From Octopus vulgaris (lineage: Eukaryota): a DNA stretch of 64,000 bases. Shown here piece by piece: positions 1 through 12,255 of this stretch (its first letter is position 1; each line of letters begins with the position of its first letter). A model generated the notes under the pieces. That model was not told the origin of the DNA and searched no databases. It saw only the letters and a list, made by a program, of their open reading frames with translations. Both the position numbers and the translations under genes were made by a program. The stretch is from the NCBI GenBank assembly GCA_951406725.2, contig OX597830.1:42098001-42162000 (forward strand), read 5' to 3'.

Positions 1-776
1 AATCTTTAGAAAGAACAAAGCAAGGTTTTGTAATCATGGTTAGTCCTTCAAGCTAGCAGTAGTAACAACAACAACGAAAACCCCCACAGATCATCGTCAT
101 CATCATCATCATCATCATAACTGATCCATGAATGCAGACTTGGAAAAGAAAAAAAAAGAAAAAGAAAAGAGAAACAAAAAGTAAACACCAGCTGCCAAGA
201 TGATATAGTCTAAATCTTACCCCCTCACCACCTCTCTACCACAGATGCCTAGTTTCACTCACTTACTCTCATTTTCTCTGTCTCTCTCTCTCTCTCTCTC
301 TCCCTTCCCCTGCCATTCTATCAACACACCTCACACACATCTGGCCTTTCCATAGGGGAGGTAAGCAATCAATAGCACCAATGGTAGCAACACCACCACC
401 ACCACCACCACTACTTGCTGCTCCCCACCACCAGAGAATGATCTTTGCAAGCTCATTCACACATTGGATGAAGGGAGAAGGAAAAGACTGGCAGGTTGCA
501 AATATTAATTAGCAAAAATAAAACAAAAACAAGTGAGAACTGATAATTACTTCAAATTTAGGCACAAGGCCAGTAATTTGAGGGGAGTGGGACATAGTCA
601 ATCAAAGCAACCCCCAGTACTTTTCACTGATACTTTGTTTTATTGATCCCAGGAGAAATGAAAAGTGAAGTTGACTCCAGAAGGATTTGAACTTAGAATG
701 TAAAATGCCAGAACAAACACAGCAAGACATGCCAAGTGCTAATAATAATAATAATAATAATAATAGTAATAATAAC

Positions 777-809
<33 letters not shown>

Positions 810-1238
810 TTAATTTAACTTTAAAAAAAAAAAAATGAACGAACTACTGAGTTTGGTTTAATGGCCTACCAATATACACTATGAGTTTCTTTGCCCTAGG
901 AGTCGGGAAGACACTCGGCAAGAAATGGAAGAAAATTTGAAAGAAGAAAAAAAAAAGTAATAATAATAATAATAATAGTAATAGTAATAATATTAATGAG
1001 AGTAATAGTAATAATAATAATAATCCTTACTATTATAAGCACAAGGCCTGAAATTTGGGGGGAAGGAATTAAGTCAATTACATCGATCCCAGTGCATAAC
1101 TGGAACTTTTTTCATCGACCCCAAAAGGTTGAAAGCAAAGTTGACCTCAGCAGAATTTGAGTTCAGAATGTCAAGACGGACAAAATACCACAATGCATTC
1201 CGCCTGGCATGCTAACTATTCTGCCTGGTTGCTATCAT

Positions 1239-1391
1239 AATAATAATAATGATGATAATGATGATGATAATGATGATGATAATGATGATAATGATGATGA
1301 TAATGATGATAATGATGATGATAATGATGATGATAATGATGATAATGATGATGATAATGATGATAATGATGATGATGATGATGATGATGAT
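1239..1391. repeat. Compound (AAT)/(GAT) trinucleotide array with a 54-bp higher-order unit
   Basis: The triplet pattern NDD-NDDD-NDDD-NDD-NDDD occurs twice (1248-1301, 1302-1355). Confidence 0.9.
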
Positions 1392-1757
1392 AAAAAGTAG
1401 AACCTGAAGACTAAAACAATACCTGTTGTCATAGGTGCCCTAGGAATGATAGCAAAAAAGGGCTGATTGCTACCTAGCACAGATACCAGGAAACCACAAA
1501 ATGGTAGAAATTCAAAAGATAGTGCCCATGGGAACTGCCCATATCCTACATAAAATACTGTCTACGTAATCGCAATATTTAAAACAAACTCATAATTTTC
1601 TTATGTTTTCTAAAACATTCTCAAGAACAACACTGTGTACAAAACCTTATGGCACCCTAGACATAACACCAACATGAACTTCTAACTTCTCTCTTGAGGT
1701 CTCTGGGTGAGACTTGGAGCCAACTTGTACAAATGCAAAGCAAAAGTCAAACATAAA
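1392..1757 (+). mobile_element. 5'-truncated Dong/R4-clade non-LTR retrotransposon: end of the ORF plus 3' UTR
   Basis: 1392-1569 translates, with one stop and one frameshift, to NLKTKTIPVVIGALGMIAK..ADCYLAQIPGNHKMVEIQKIVPMGTAHILHKILST*. This matches the IPVVIGALG...IQK...GTAHILRK C-terminus of R4/Dong proteins. It ends in a (TAA)n array, the known Dong target. Confidence 0.8.
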
Positions 1758-2028
1758 ATAATAATAATAATAACAATAATAATAAGCCTTTCTACTAAAA
1801 ACAAGAGGCCTGAAATTTAGGGGGAGGAGACTAGTCAATTAAATTGACACCAGTGTTACACTGGTGCTCAATTTATTGACTCTGAAAGGATAAAAGGCAA
1901 GGTTGACCTTGGCGGAATTTGAACTCAGAATGTAGCGACGGGAGAAATACCACCAAGCATTTTATCCAGTGTGCTAACAATTCTGCCACATAATAATAAT
2001 AATGATAATAATAATAATAATAATAATA

Positions 2029-2560
2029 GGCTCTCATGGCTTCTGATCTTAACTGATTGGAAGTGTCATCATGTACATTGTTTTGTCTTGGTATAAAAGA
2101 TGGGCTACAGCAAATATTCTGCTCAATACCACAGATTTGCTTGTCAGTTGTTTGACCTTAACCAGTTGAGCATGTCCCTTAGTGGCTGACAATATGTGCA
2201 TCTCTGATCACGAGCAGAAGTAGTGGGGGAGCATCATAGCCATGTGTTGAGAGGGATTCTTTGGGGTTTGAATAATTCACCTCTGGAAACATAGGTGGTT
2301 CTTTCAACATCCTTAAACAACCCTTATTCAGGGACCTTTTGAGTGGGATGGGCTACTCGACCTGAAGAAAATTCTAACTGCGCTCCACCTGCAAGGTCAT
2401 GTGCTGTTTACCTTGATATGAGATCACCATGTTGCACACATATGGTTGTGATGCATGTGCCTGGTGTACCCTTATCAGACGGGTAGTCATGATGGGTATA
2501 TTGGGCTTCGTATATTTTACCCCAGTGTCACTTTGATGGCATGAACTGCTCTCTCACTCA
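2029..2560 (+). mobile_element. About 530-bp non-coding interspersed repeat (family G) inserted in a (TAA)n array
   Basis: Closely similar copies at 63147-63518 (+) and 48478-49685 (-, split by a hAT insertion). Copies share the 3' end CTCTCTCACTCA followed by TAA repeats and have variable 5' ends. Confidence 0.85.
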
Positions 2561-4084
2561 ATAATAATAATAATGATGATGATGATTTCAAATTTTTGCC
2601 ACAAGGGAAGCTTGGAGGAGGGGATTAAATCGATCACATCAACCCCAGTGTGTAACTGGTCTTATTTGATCAACCCTGAAAAGATGAAATGCAAAGTCAA
2701 CCTCAGTAGACGATATACCACCGAGCAGCAGACGATATACCACCGAGCATTTTGCCTGACATGTTAATGATTCTGCCAGCTCATTGCCTTCATAATGATA
2801 ACAATTATTTCAAATTTATGCTACAAGGGCAGCTTGAGGGAAGTGAGGACGAGTTGATTACATTGACCGCAGTATTCAACTGGTACTTATTTTATCAGCT
2901 CTGAAAAGATGAAAGGCATAGTCGACCTCAGAATTTGAACACAGAACGTAGCATAGACAATATACTGCTAAGCATTTCGCCCCGTGTGCTAATGATTCTT
3001 GCCAGCATATCGCTTTCATCATCATGATAATAATAATAATAATAATAATAATGATGATGATGATGATGATGATAATTATAATAATAATAATAATAATAAT
3101 AATAGTAATAATATATTGGCATGGATTCAATGGTTCAACATGGACAGACAAGCTAGAGAACTGTGCCAAGTTCCAATGTCTGTTTTTGGCATGGTTTCTA
3201 TGGCTGGATGCCCTTCCTAATGCCAGCGACTTCACTAGTGTACAAGGTGCTTTTTTTGTCATGGCACCTGCACTAGTGAGGTCAGCAAGTATCTTTAAGA
3301 CAAAATCCCTCTACTAGGAGGGGTATAGTACTGAGAGGTAAGAAACTAGGGTAGAGGGTCAGGAGGTGTCTTGCTGGAGAGGTGAATACATGGAGGAAGA
3401 GATAATGTGAGATCAAGGTACAAAGTGGATATGAAAGACAGAATAGGATAGAGGAAGAGAAAAGATGGATGTGGAGGTAAGAATGCACACAAGGATGAGA
3501 ATAGTGTGACAGATGATTAGAGATAGGGAATGAGTTGGACTCAGGAAATATCAGTATAGTGGAATTAAAGTGAAGGAAGGAAATAGGGTAAATAAGAAGA
3601 TTGATGGAGGAATAGGTGTCAAAAGGTAAGTTGTGGGTGAAGGCTTGACACAAATTTCATTCATTTAAATTGACTTGCATTACAGAATCCTGGCCTGGTA
3701 TGAATAAGTATTTTAGAAACAACCACAAGAAATTAATAAAGTTTAAGCTAAATAACACACAGGTAGCTATTGATTAAAAAGAAGAATAAAACCTATCTAT
3801 TTCTTTTGATACGCAATCTCAAAATTAGAGTTGATATTGCAGTGAGCCATGGTAACAGATTGTGTTTACCTGGTTAACATATACTGTGCAAATAATGACT
3901 AGTTTACCATCTATGTTTATAGGTGCAGGTGTGGTTATGTGGTAAGAAGTTTGTTTCTCAACCACATGGATTAGGGTTCAGTCTCACTGTGTGGTACCTT
4001 GGGCAGGTGTTTTCTACTATAGTACTATAGCCTCGGGATTTGGTAAGCAGAAACTGAAAGAGGCCCATCACACATGCACATTTG

Positions 4085-4116
<32 letters not shown>

Positions 4117-6034
4117 ACATTAATGAATTTGTGTTGCAAGAGCAGCTTGGGGGAAGTGAGGACAAGTCGATTACATTGACCCCAGTGTTCAACTGGTACT
4201 TATTTTGTCAACTCCGAAAAGATGAAAGACAAAGGTGACCTTAGAATTTGAACACAGAACGTAGTGAAGCCAAGTGTTGAAACAGTATTGTATTTCCAAG
4301 TCTAGCGTATGTATAAAGAACACATGGTGGATTTTTGCCATGATGTAATCTAAGAATGCATCACTGAAATGCTGCTGAAACAGCTGTTGTGAATTTTGAA
4401 CTCCACTTATATTTATTTATATCTGTGCGTGTGCACGTGTATACACACAGACACACACCCCTATGAGTTTGTCCTCCACCACTGCTTAACAACCTGTGTT
4501 GGTTTGTTTATGTCCCTATAACTTAGTGGTTCACCAAAAATGCCCAATATATTAAGTACCAGGCTTTAAAAAAAAAAACAAGTACTGGTGATGATTTCTT
4601 TGACTAAATCCTTCAAGGTGGTGCCCCAGCATGGCCACTGTGCAATGACTGACAAAAGTAAAAGACTGAAAACAAGAAGATAATATTTACATAATTATAT
4701 CCTTCAATCAAATGTTAATTCAAAACTGTTGAAGTAACCTGACATAAATATATTGAGGCAGAGTGAGAGACTAAGCTGAATGAATGGAAACAGTGCTTCT
4801 TTTATAAATGGTCACAGAGATAGATAGAGGGAGGGAGGGAGAGAGAGAGAGACAAATTCTGTATAGTTGCGTAATAGTTTAATTATGTAAGGACCTAACA
4901 GTGACAGAGAAAGAACAAGAAACATAGGAGTAACATCTTCACAGAAATTCTTATACAAAACATCACATGCATTAGTTGTAGAAAAGGAAAAAAAACAAAC
5001 AAAAACAGGAACAAAAAAAAAGCAGTTTTAAATACAGCAATCAAAATCCTTTTCTATTTTTATTTATTATTTATTCTTAGCAGAAGTAGGGTGTGTGTGT
5101 GTATGTGTGTGTGTGTTGAGTGGGGCTGATGAGGATATTGGAGAAAAAGGATGAGGAGGAAGGAGGTGGCGAAGGATTGGTGAAATTCTCTGAAGAGTTT
5201 GCGAAAGACAGATTAAACAATATAAAATGGAAAAAAAACCCCCCCCAAAAAAAACAAACAAAAAAAAAGAAGCATTATATGATAAAATCAACTTCACAAA
5301 GAAGAAGTGTATTGCTCCCAGGGAAAAGTTATCAAGAAAATGTTGTTGACAATTTAATCACATTTCTATTATCTCTTGACAATTCAAATCTAGGAGCACT
5401 TGCCTCTAAAATCCAGAATGCAATCATCGCCAACATTTGGGAATATTTGATTATTCAAATACATTTTAGCTGCACTAAAAAGTTACTTTCTAATGATTGA
5501 ACTTCAATAGTTTGATAAACTTGTGTAATATAATTAAGACACAACATGCTCAATGATTAAATATATATACACACATACATGCACACACACACACTGAAAT
5601 ATACACATACAAATATACTCAAGTAGATGCATAGCCAGGTAGTGAATACATTCATTTCATGACTCTGTGGTTCTGAGATCGATACTTCTGCATGGCACCT
5701 AGGTCAAAAGTCTTATACTGTAACCAAAGCCTTTGCAAGTGGACTTTGTGAAGGAGCCCATCATACATACGTGTGTATCATTGTCACTTAATGTCTGTTT
5801 TCCATGCTGGCATGGGTTGGATGGTTTGACAGAGGTTGGCTAGGCAGAACACTGCACTAGGCTCCACTGTCTGTTTTGGCAGTGTTTTGGGGACTAGATG
5901 CCCTTACTAACACCAACTCCCTTACAGAGTAGACTGAGTGCTTTATACGTGGCACCAGCATATATGTATGTATGTATGTATTGTGTACATATGTATGTAT
6001 GTATGTATTGTGTACATACGTATGTATGTACATA

Positions 6035-6420
6035 CTCTTTTACCTTTCACTTGTTTCAGTCACTGACTGTACTGCAGCCATGCTGGGGCACTGCCTTGAA
6101 GGGTTTAGTCAATCAAATCAACACCAGTACTTATGTTTCTAACCATAGTACTTATTCCATCAATCTCTTTTGCTGGACTGCTATGTTACAAGGATGTAAA
6201 CAAACATTGGTTGTAAAGCAGTGGAGAGAAGATATATAAGCTCAAAGACACACACACACACACAGGATGGAGTTCCACACAAATTCCTTGTATCAAATTC
6301 ACTCACAAGGCAGTGGTTGGCTCAGAGCTGTAGTAGAAGATATGTACCAAGGGTGCTGCACAGTGGGACCGAACCTGAAACCATGAGGTTGCAAAGTGGG
6401 CTTCTTAACTACACAGCTAC
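6035..6420 (-). mobile_element. SINE family B (tRNA head + CORE-like domain), diverged copy
   Basis: Reverse-complement similarity to 18444-18853. Confidence 0.75.
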
Positions 6421-6664
6421 GTGTGTGTATCTATGCATATGTATGTATGCATGTATGTACATGTGTATTTATGTATGTATGTGTATACACTGGTTAAAAA
6501 TCATTGTTGTGTTTGGGTGTCACTTTATGTCCTCTAGCTTTATATCTCAATAAAGTAACGGGATCAATATGATTGAATCAAAACTTGAAGGCAGTGCTCC
6601 AGAATGGTCACAGTCCAATGACAACAACTAATCAAAGAATAAATAAATTCATACTTAGACTATT

Positions 6665-6801
6665 TTAACCTTTAGCATGCTTGCGTGCATCATATCACTG
6701 TATGAATTTTCTCCCCTGTAGCTGCAAGGGCATTATATTGCATTAGGAGGGGAGAAAACTTGCATAGTGACATGATGTGCATACAGCATGCTAAAAGTAA
6801 A
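6665..6801. mobile_element. Fold-back (palindromic) MITE-like element with arms of about 54 bp
   Basis: Left arm TTAACCTTTAGCATGCT...TTTTCTCCCCT pairs with right arm AGGGGAGAAAA...AGCATGCTAAAAGTAAA. Mismatches are almost all transitions. Confidence 0.7.
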
Positions 6802-6815
6802 TCCACAACAAAGTG

Positions 6816-7110
6816 CATTCCTTGTGGTGTGATGACTTGACTGCCTCCATCAATGATCTTGGGAGCTATGCCAGCACAGCTGAAGTTCCTGGTAGCCCCC
6901 TACCCCACTCCCATGTAGGATAAGTCTCAAAGACTAGAGAGGCCAGACTAATATGGACCACCTCTTCCCAGAATTAAAAAAAAGGTGGTTTTGTGTTGGG
7001 CCAACCTCCCTACAGAGAAAAAAAAACCAAAACGTCACAGAAGCATCGATGACAATTCAAAGCCAAAAAAGTTTTAGGAGAGGAAGGAAAGCCAGCCCAG
7101 AGTGAGGAAC
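6816..7110 (+). mobile_element. Probable RTE-clade LINE 5' UTR fragment
   Basis: CCTTGTGGTG..GACTTG..CAATGATCTTGGGAGCTATGCC..CCTGGTAG..GAGAGGCCAGACTAA resembles the Expander/Rex3/BovB-type 5' UTR as I recall it. No ORF follows. Confidence 0.5.
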
Positions 7111-7770
7111 AGTGAAGCGAAAACTTCTTTTTTTACAAACTTCAAGAAATAACAAATAAATAATTTTAATGTGGAACTTAAAGCAGATAAAGCTATAAAC
7201 GATACCATGTAGAATATTGGGTTAAAAAAAAAAACCTTAGGCTAGAAAAAATAAGTTGAAGGACACCAGTTTGAATGAACTGACATCCTCTGTGAACATG
7301 ACAGATGTGCTATTTTATGGCAATAATTTTACGACTAATATAAGAGAAAGTATTTATGAAGAAGCTGAAAGAATTTTGTCTAAAGAAAATGACATTAACC
7401 CATGACTTGTCTCTTTCAGCTCTTGACACTATAATTCTACCTATGCTGAAACAGGTGGTTGTCATGGCTGGGTTGGGTTGGGCTGGTGATCCAAGATATA
7501 GATCTTAATATTACTTCAACATGATTAACTTTATAAATCAATGTCTGTGTCAAATGTATAATAGGATTGTCACCATCACCATCATTATTTAGAACAAACA
7601 TTTTCCTTTGCTGTTATATGTTGCATAAATTTACTTACATGCAGGTGTGGTTGTGTGGTAAAATGTTTGCTTCCCAACCATGCAGTCTGGGTTCAGTCCC
7701 AGCCTTGGGAATTGAGGAGAAAAAAGGCCTAAATGGATTTCATTGCTCTTCATAACCAACTTATGCTATA

Positions 7771-8151
7771 CTAGCAGTATCGCCCGGCGTTGCTCAGGTT
7801 TGTAAGGGAAATAACTATAAAGCATTTTTAGAGAGTTATAGCAAAAAATGCATTAAAAATGGGAAAAAAATTATGGTAAATTTTTTTTAAATCGTTGACT
7901 CATCGTAGACATTTTTAGAGAGTTACTTCCCTTATATTTAAAAAACATGCATTAAAATTGAAAAAAATGATGGTAAATTATTTTAAAAATCGTAGACTCA
8001 TCGTAGACGCGCGCTAATACCCAGAAGGGCTCGATATGAATCACGACTATAAGATACCCGGTTTTGGTTAAACTGCACCGCAAAATGTGGGAGTAGTTAG
8101 GAATCTAAATCGGAGTAGACAGACAAACAACCTTTCTTTTATATATAAAGA
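7771..8151 (-). mobile_element. Non-autonomous Helitron (Lep1/DINE-like architecture)
   Basis: On the minus strand it starts TC (8151) and ends CTAG (7771), sits between A and T with no TSD, has a GC hairpin CCTGAGC-AAC-GCCGGG 8 nt before CTAG, a GTCT repeat near the 5' end, and an internal tandem duplication of about 90-100 bp (7823-8008). Confidence 0.8.
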
Positions 8152-8762
8152 TATCCTATATAAATACAGCTGGGTTTCAAAAGCAACTACCTTAGGTCCA
8201 AATTAGCTAAGAAATCCCAGACTTTCTAATGCCTTAAGTACTTCTGAGTAACATGAAAATGTCACAAGCACTTTGTCAAGTCAGAATTTTTTTTTGAGCA
8301 TTTTAGGCCAAGATGGTGTTTTAACCTTTATGCTACCATATATCTCTCTTAATTAATTTTGAAAATAACTCCATTAATATTAACCTTTTAGCATTCTAAC
8401 CGGCCATATCCAGCCTAAGTATTTTACCTGCCTTATGTTCAAACCAGCTAGATCCAGCCTCTAACAGCTACCCTACAATGTATTATTAAATCAAAACAAT
8501 GCGATTTAATAAACATTACATTTGATAGTGTAATCTGAAAGCTGAAGGGTCAAGCTACTGTTTTGGAGCATAATATAACAGGAAATTTAAATAAGAAGTT
8601 TCAATTCAGATCACTTTAAAACTTGAGGTCTGAAACATAAAATCAAGAGTGGTTTTGGACAGTTTGGTATCAATAGGGATCAATCTTCTTAAACCTGAGC
8701 CGAATCTCACTTCAGAGTGACTCACAGAATATTTGGCTTTAACTTGGTTTGTCTCATTGATA

Positions 8763-9392
8763 CTTTTCTACTGTAGGCATGGGAAGGGGGGGACAGTTAA
8801 TTAGATCAACCCCAGTATGCAACTGGTACTTAATTTATCAACCCTGAAAGGATGAAAGGCAAAGTCAACCTCGGCGGAATTTGAATGCAGAATGTAAAGA
8901 CAGACGAAATACCTATTTCTTTACTACCCACAAGGGGCTAAACACAGAGAAGACAAACAAGGACAGACAAACGGATTAAGTCGATTACATCAACCCCAGA
9001 GCGTAACTGGTACTTATTTAAAAAGGCGGCGAGCTGGCAGAAACGTTAGCACGCCGGGCGAAATGCTTAGCGGTATTTCGTCTGCGTTACGCTGTGAGTT
9101 CAAATTCCACCGAGGTCGACTTTGCCTTTCATCCTTTCGGGGTCGATAAATTAAGTACCAGTTATACACTGGGGTCGATGTAATCGACTTAATACCTATG
9201 TCTGTCCTTGTTTGTCCCCTCTGTGTTTAGCCCCTTGTGGGTAATAAAGAAATAGGTACTTATTTAATCGACCCTGAAAGGATGAAAGGCAAAGTCAACC
9301 TCGGCGGAATTTGAACTCAGAACGTAACGGCAGACGAAATACCGCTAAGTATTTCGTCCAGCACGCTAATGTTTCTGTGAGCTTGCTGCCTT
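8763..9392 (-). mobile_element. Dimeric SINE family A element (head-body-tail1-body-tail2) interrupted by a nested antisense copy
   Basis: Two body copies (about 8800-8910 and 9270-9350) are joined through tail1 (8912-8980). Host sequence resumes exactly after the TSD. Confidence 0.8.
9022..9254 (+). mobile_element. Young SINE family A copy with a 13-bp TSD
   Basis: A-box-like TGGCAGAAACGTT and B-box-like GAGTTCAAATTCC, CpGs retained, flanked by a perfect GGTACTTATTTAA at 9009-9021 and 9255-9267. Confidence 0.9.
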
Positions 9393-9608
9393 CGTCTCAC
9401 TCGTATTGTTTAAATAAATGTATATGATTCAACTGATCAACTGCTTGGATGGAAAAGAAATAAAATTTGTTGACTCTATCTTACAAGATGCTAAATAACT
9501 GATTTCCCCTCCTTTTACACAACTGATTCATTTTCTGATTCAAACGCTATCAACAAGCAGTTGATTGCATTGCTTACTTTTATCTTAGGGTTTTAATGAA
9601 AAATCTCC

Positions 9609-10405
<797 letters not shown>

Positions 10406-10515
10406 TGTTGGGTATGCATGTATGTCTGCATATGTGCATGAATACAGTAACTGGTTAGATGCACGCTAATATTATGTATAAAGGGGATGGTTCATTTATA
10501 TAATTGTATGACATA

Positions 10516-10564
<49 letters not shown>

Positions 10565-10960
10565 TTAGCCAGTGACACTCACACACAAAGAAGAAAAAAA
10601 AGTTATTAATAAATCGATACAGAAATAGTCATTTTGAATAACTTTTCTTGTTTTTTTAATATAGGGAAGATCTAAAGCAGCATGAAATAAAATATATATT
10701 AGGGTTGCCAGATTATTAGTTGTGATTCATATCCAAAGGCAACAACAATCTCTAGCATAATATCCTAAACAAAAACCAAAAAAAAAAAAACAATGCAGAA
10801 AACAATAATTATAATTAATGATTTCTTTTATTTGCCTGAAGGACACCAGCTGAGGGAGACATTACAAGGACAAATAACAAAAACAACAACAAAAAAAAAT
10901 AACTGTAAGTTTACATAGACCTGAGTGTGAGGAAACAGGCATGGAAAATTACTTGTTTAA

Positions 10961-11182
10961 CTCTTTAGCACTTAAACCAGCCATATCTAGCCCCAAAATT
11001 CTAACCCTTTTTTTGTGGAAGATGGCCAGATCAAACCTCTCACACCTACTCTGCAATGTCATTCTAAAAATAAACAATCACATCCTCAAAATCTTGAAGC
11101 TATAAAATAATGCACAATTAATTTTTAAAAATATGATCAAGTAAACATCACATTTGACCGAGTAATCTGAATGCTTAATGGG
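10961..11182 (+). mobile_element. TTAA-flanked piggyBac-like MITE, family F
   Basis: TTAA|CTCTTTAGCA...TGCTTAATGGG|TTAA. Related copies at about 8381-8552, 14810-15034, 22635-22858, 22870-23078, 23817-23985 (rev), 54462-54672 (rev) and 56702-56910. Confidence 0.75.
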
Positions 11183-11366
11183 TTAAAAGGAAATGGAATA
11201 TTCTGACAGGGATTCAGATCACCAGGGGACAGTTGGAGACACCCAACAGTGCCCCACCCCCAATGGACCCTTTTTTGAATAAGCACAAGGCCAATGCAAT
11301 GAAGAGGAGTGCATGGGTGATTGTATTTGCTTTTATATATATTATTGGTATATTTATCAACTTTAA

Positions 11367-11586
11367 CCCTTTCGATACCAACCCAGCTGAAACCGGCTCT
11401 GGCTCAGTTGTACAAATGTCTTGTTTTCATGTTTTGAATTAAAATCTTCCACCAAACCTTAGTCACAATTTATGTTTCTAACACAAGCTTAATGATAAAT
11501 AAGTTATTTTACTAAACTCTTTGTTATATTTAAAATTAATTGAAAGCAACACAGAGCATCTCAACAGAAATATGGTAATGAATGGG
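11367..11586 (+). mobile_element. TTAA-flanked piggyBac-like MITE, family E
   Basis: TTAA|CCCTTTCGATACC...GGTAATGAATGGG|TTAA. Homologous to 62486-62695 (rev), 51626-51845 and about 20213-20422. Confidence 0.85.
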
Positions 11587-12255
11587 TTAAAAGGAAGGAC
11601 CCAACTTAGAAAGAAGAGAAACAAGTCACTTTCTCCAACTATGCCAACTCCACACCCTCTCAAAGAATAACCATCTTAGTATGGCACCCTGTTTCTGCTG
11701 CTCTTTATTTTAATAATGATGCTGATCCTTTCTGCTGTAGGAACAAGACCTGAAATTTTGAGGGAAGGGACTAGTGGATTACATTGACCCCCAGTGTTCA
11801 ACTGGTACTTATTTTACTAACCCCGAAAGTATGAAAGGCAAAGTCAACCTCAGAATGTAAAGACAGACAAAATGCCAGGTACGCTAATGATTTTGAAGTC
11901 TTGTATAAGAATATGGCTACAACAGTGGGGTGGGTAATTGAAGGAGATGAGTCAATTAAGCAAACCCTTATACCTACTCTGCAATGTCATTCTAAAAATA
12001 AACAATCACATTTGATTGCTAATTATTTCAATGATCCTGGAGATGAAAGAAAAGTAATTATTTCTAATACTGGTACAATGCCAGAAATTTTAGGGTGGGG
12101 GTGGGGTTAATGACTAAACTGGCCCTCACTCAATACTTGACTGATGGCACTTAATCAACCTCAGTGAGATGAAAGGCAAAGTTGATCTTGGTAGGATCTG
12201 AACTCAGAATATAAGGAACCAGAACAAACATTATGAAGTATCTAACCATTTTGCC

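Larger units (their letters stand above)
548..3018 (-). mobile_element. Cluster of five tRNA-derived SINE family A copies (about 548-742, 1023-1230, 1787-1989, 2585-2791, 2808-3018) separated by (TAA)n arrays
   Basis: Each copy carries the reverse complement of the family body (TGAAAGGCAAAGTCGACCTCGGCGGAATTTGAACTCAGAA-like) and the head or tail seen in the young copy at 9022-9254. Confidence 0.85.

Noticed and set aside
1209-1480. Poly-N/D and poly-S/L ORFs (also poly-I/Y/N at 2876-3317)
   Set aside because: Trinucleotide repeat read-through with no splice or domain context.
3282-3653. 123-aa minus-strand ORF over a purine-rich tract
   Set aside because: The pyrimidine-rich strand lacks stops for compositional reasons. 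It may be an old LINE remnant, but I found no supportable motif.
5120-5500. 126-aa plus-strand ORF with a protein-like second half (SYQENVVDNLITFLLSLD...)
   Set aside because: The first half is low-complexity, and there is no recognisable domain or convincing splice donor.
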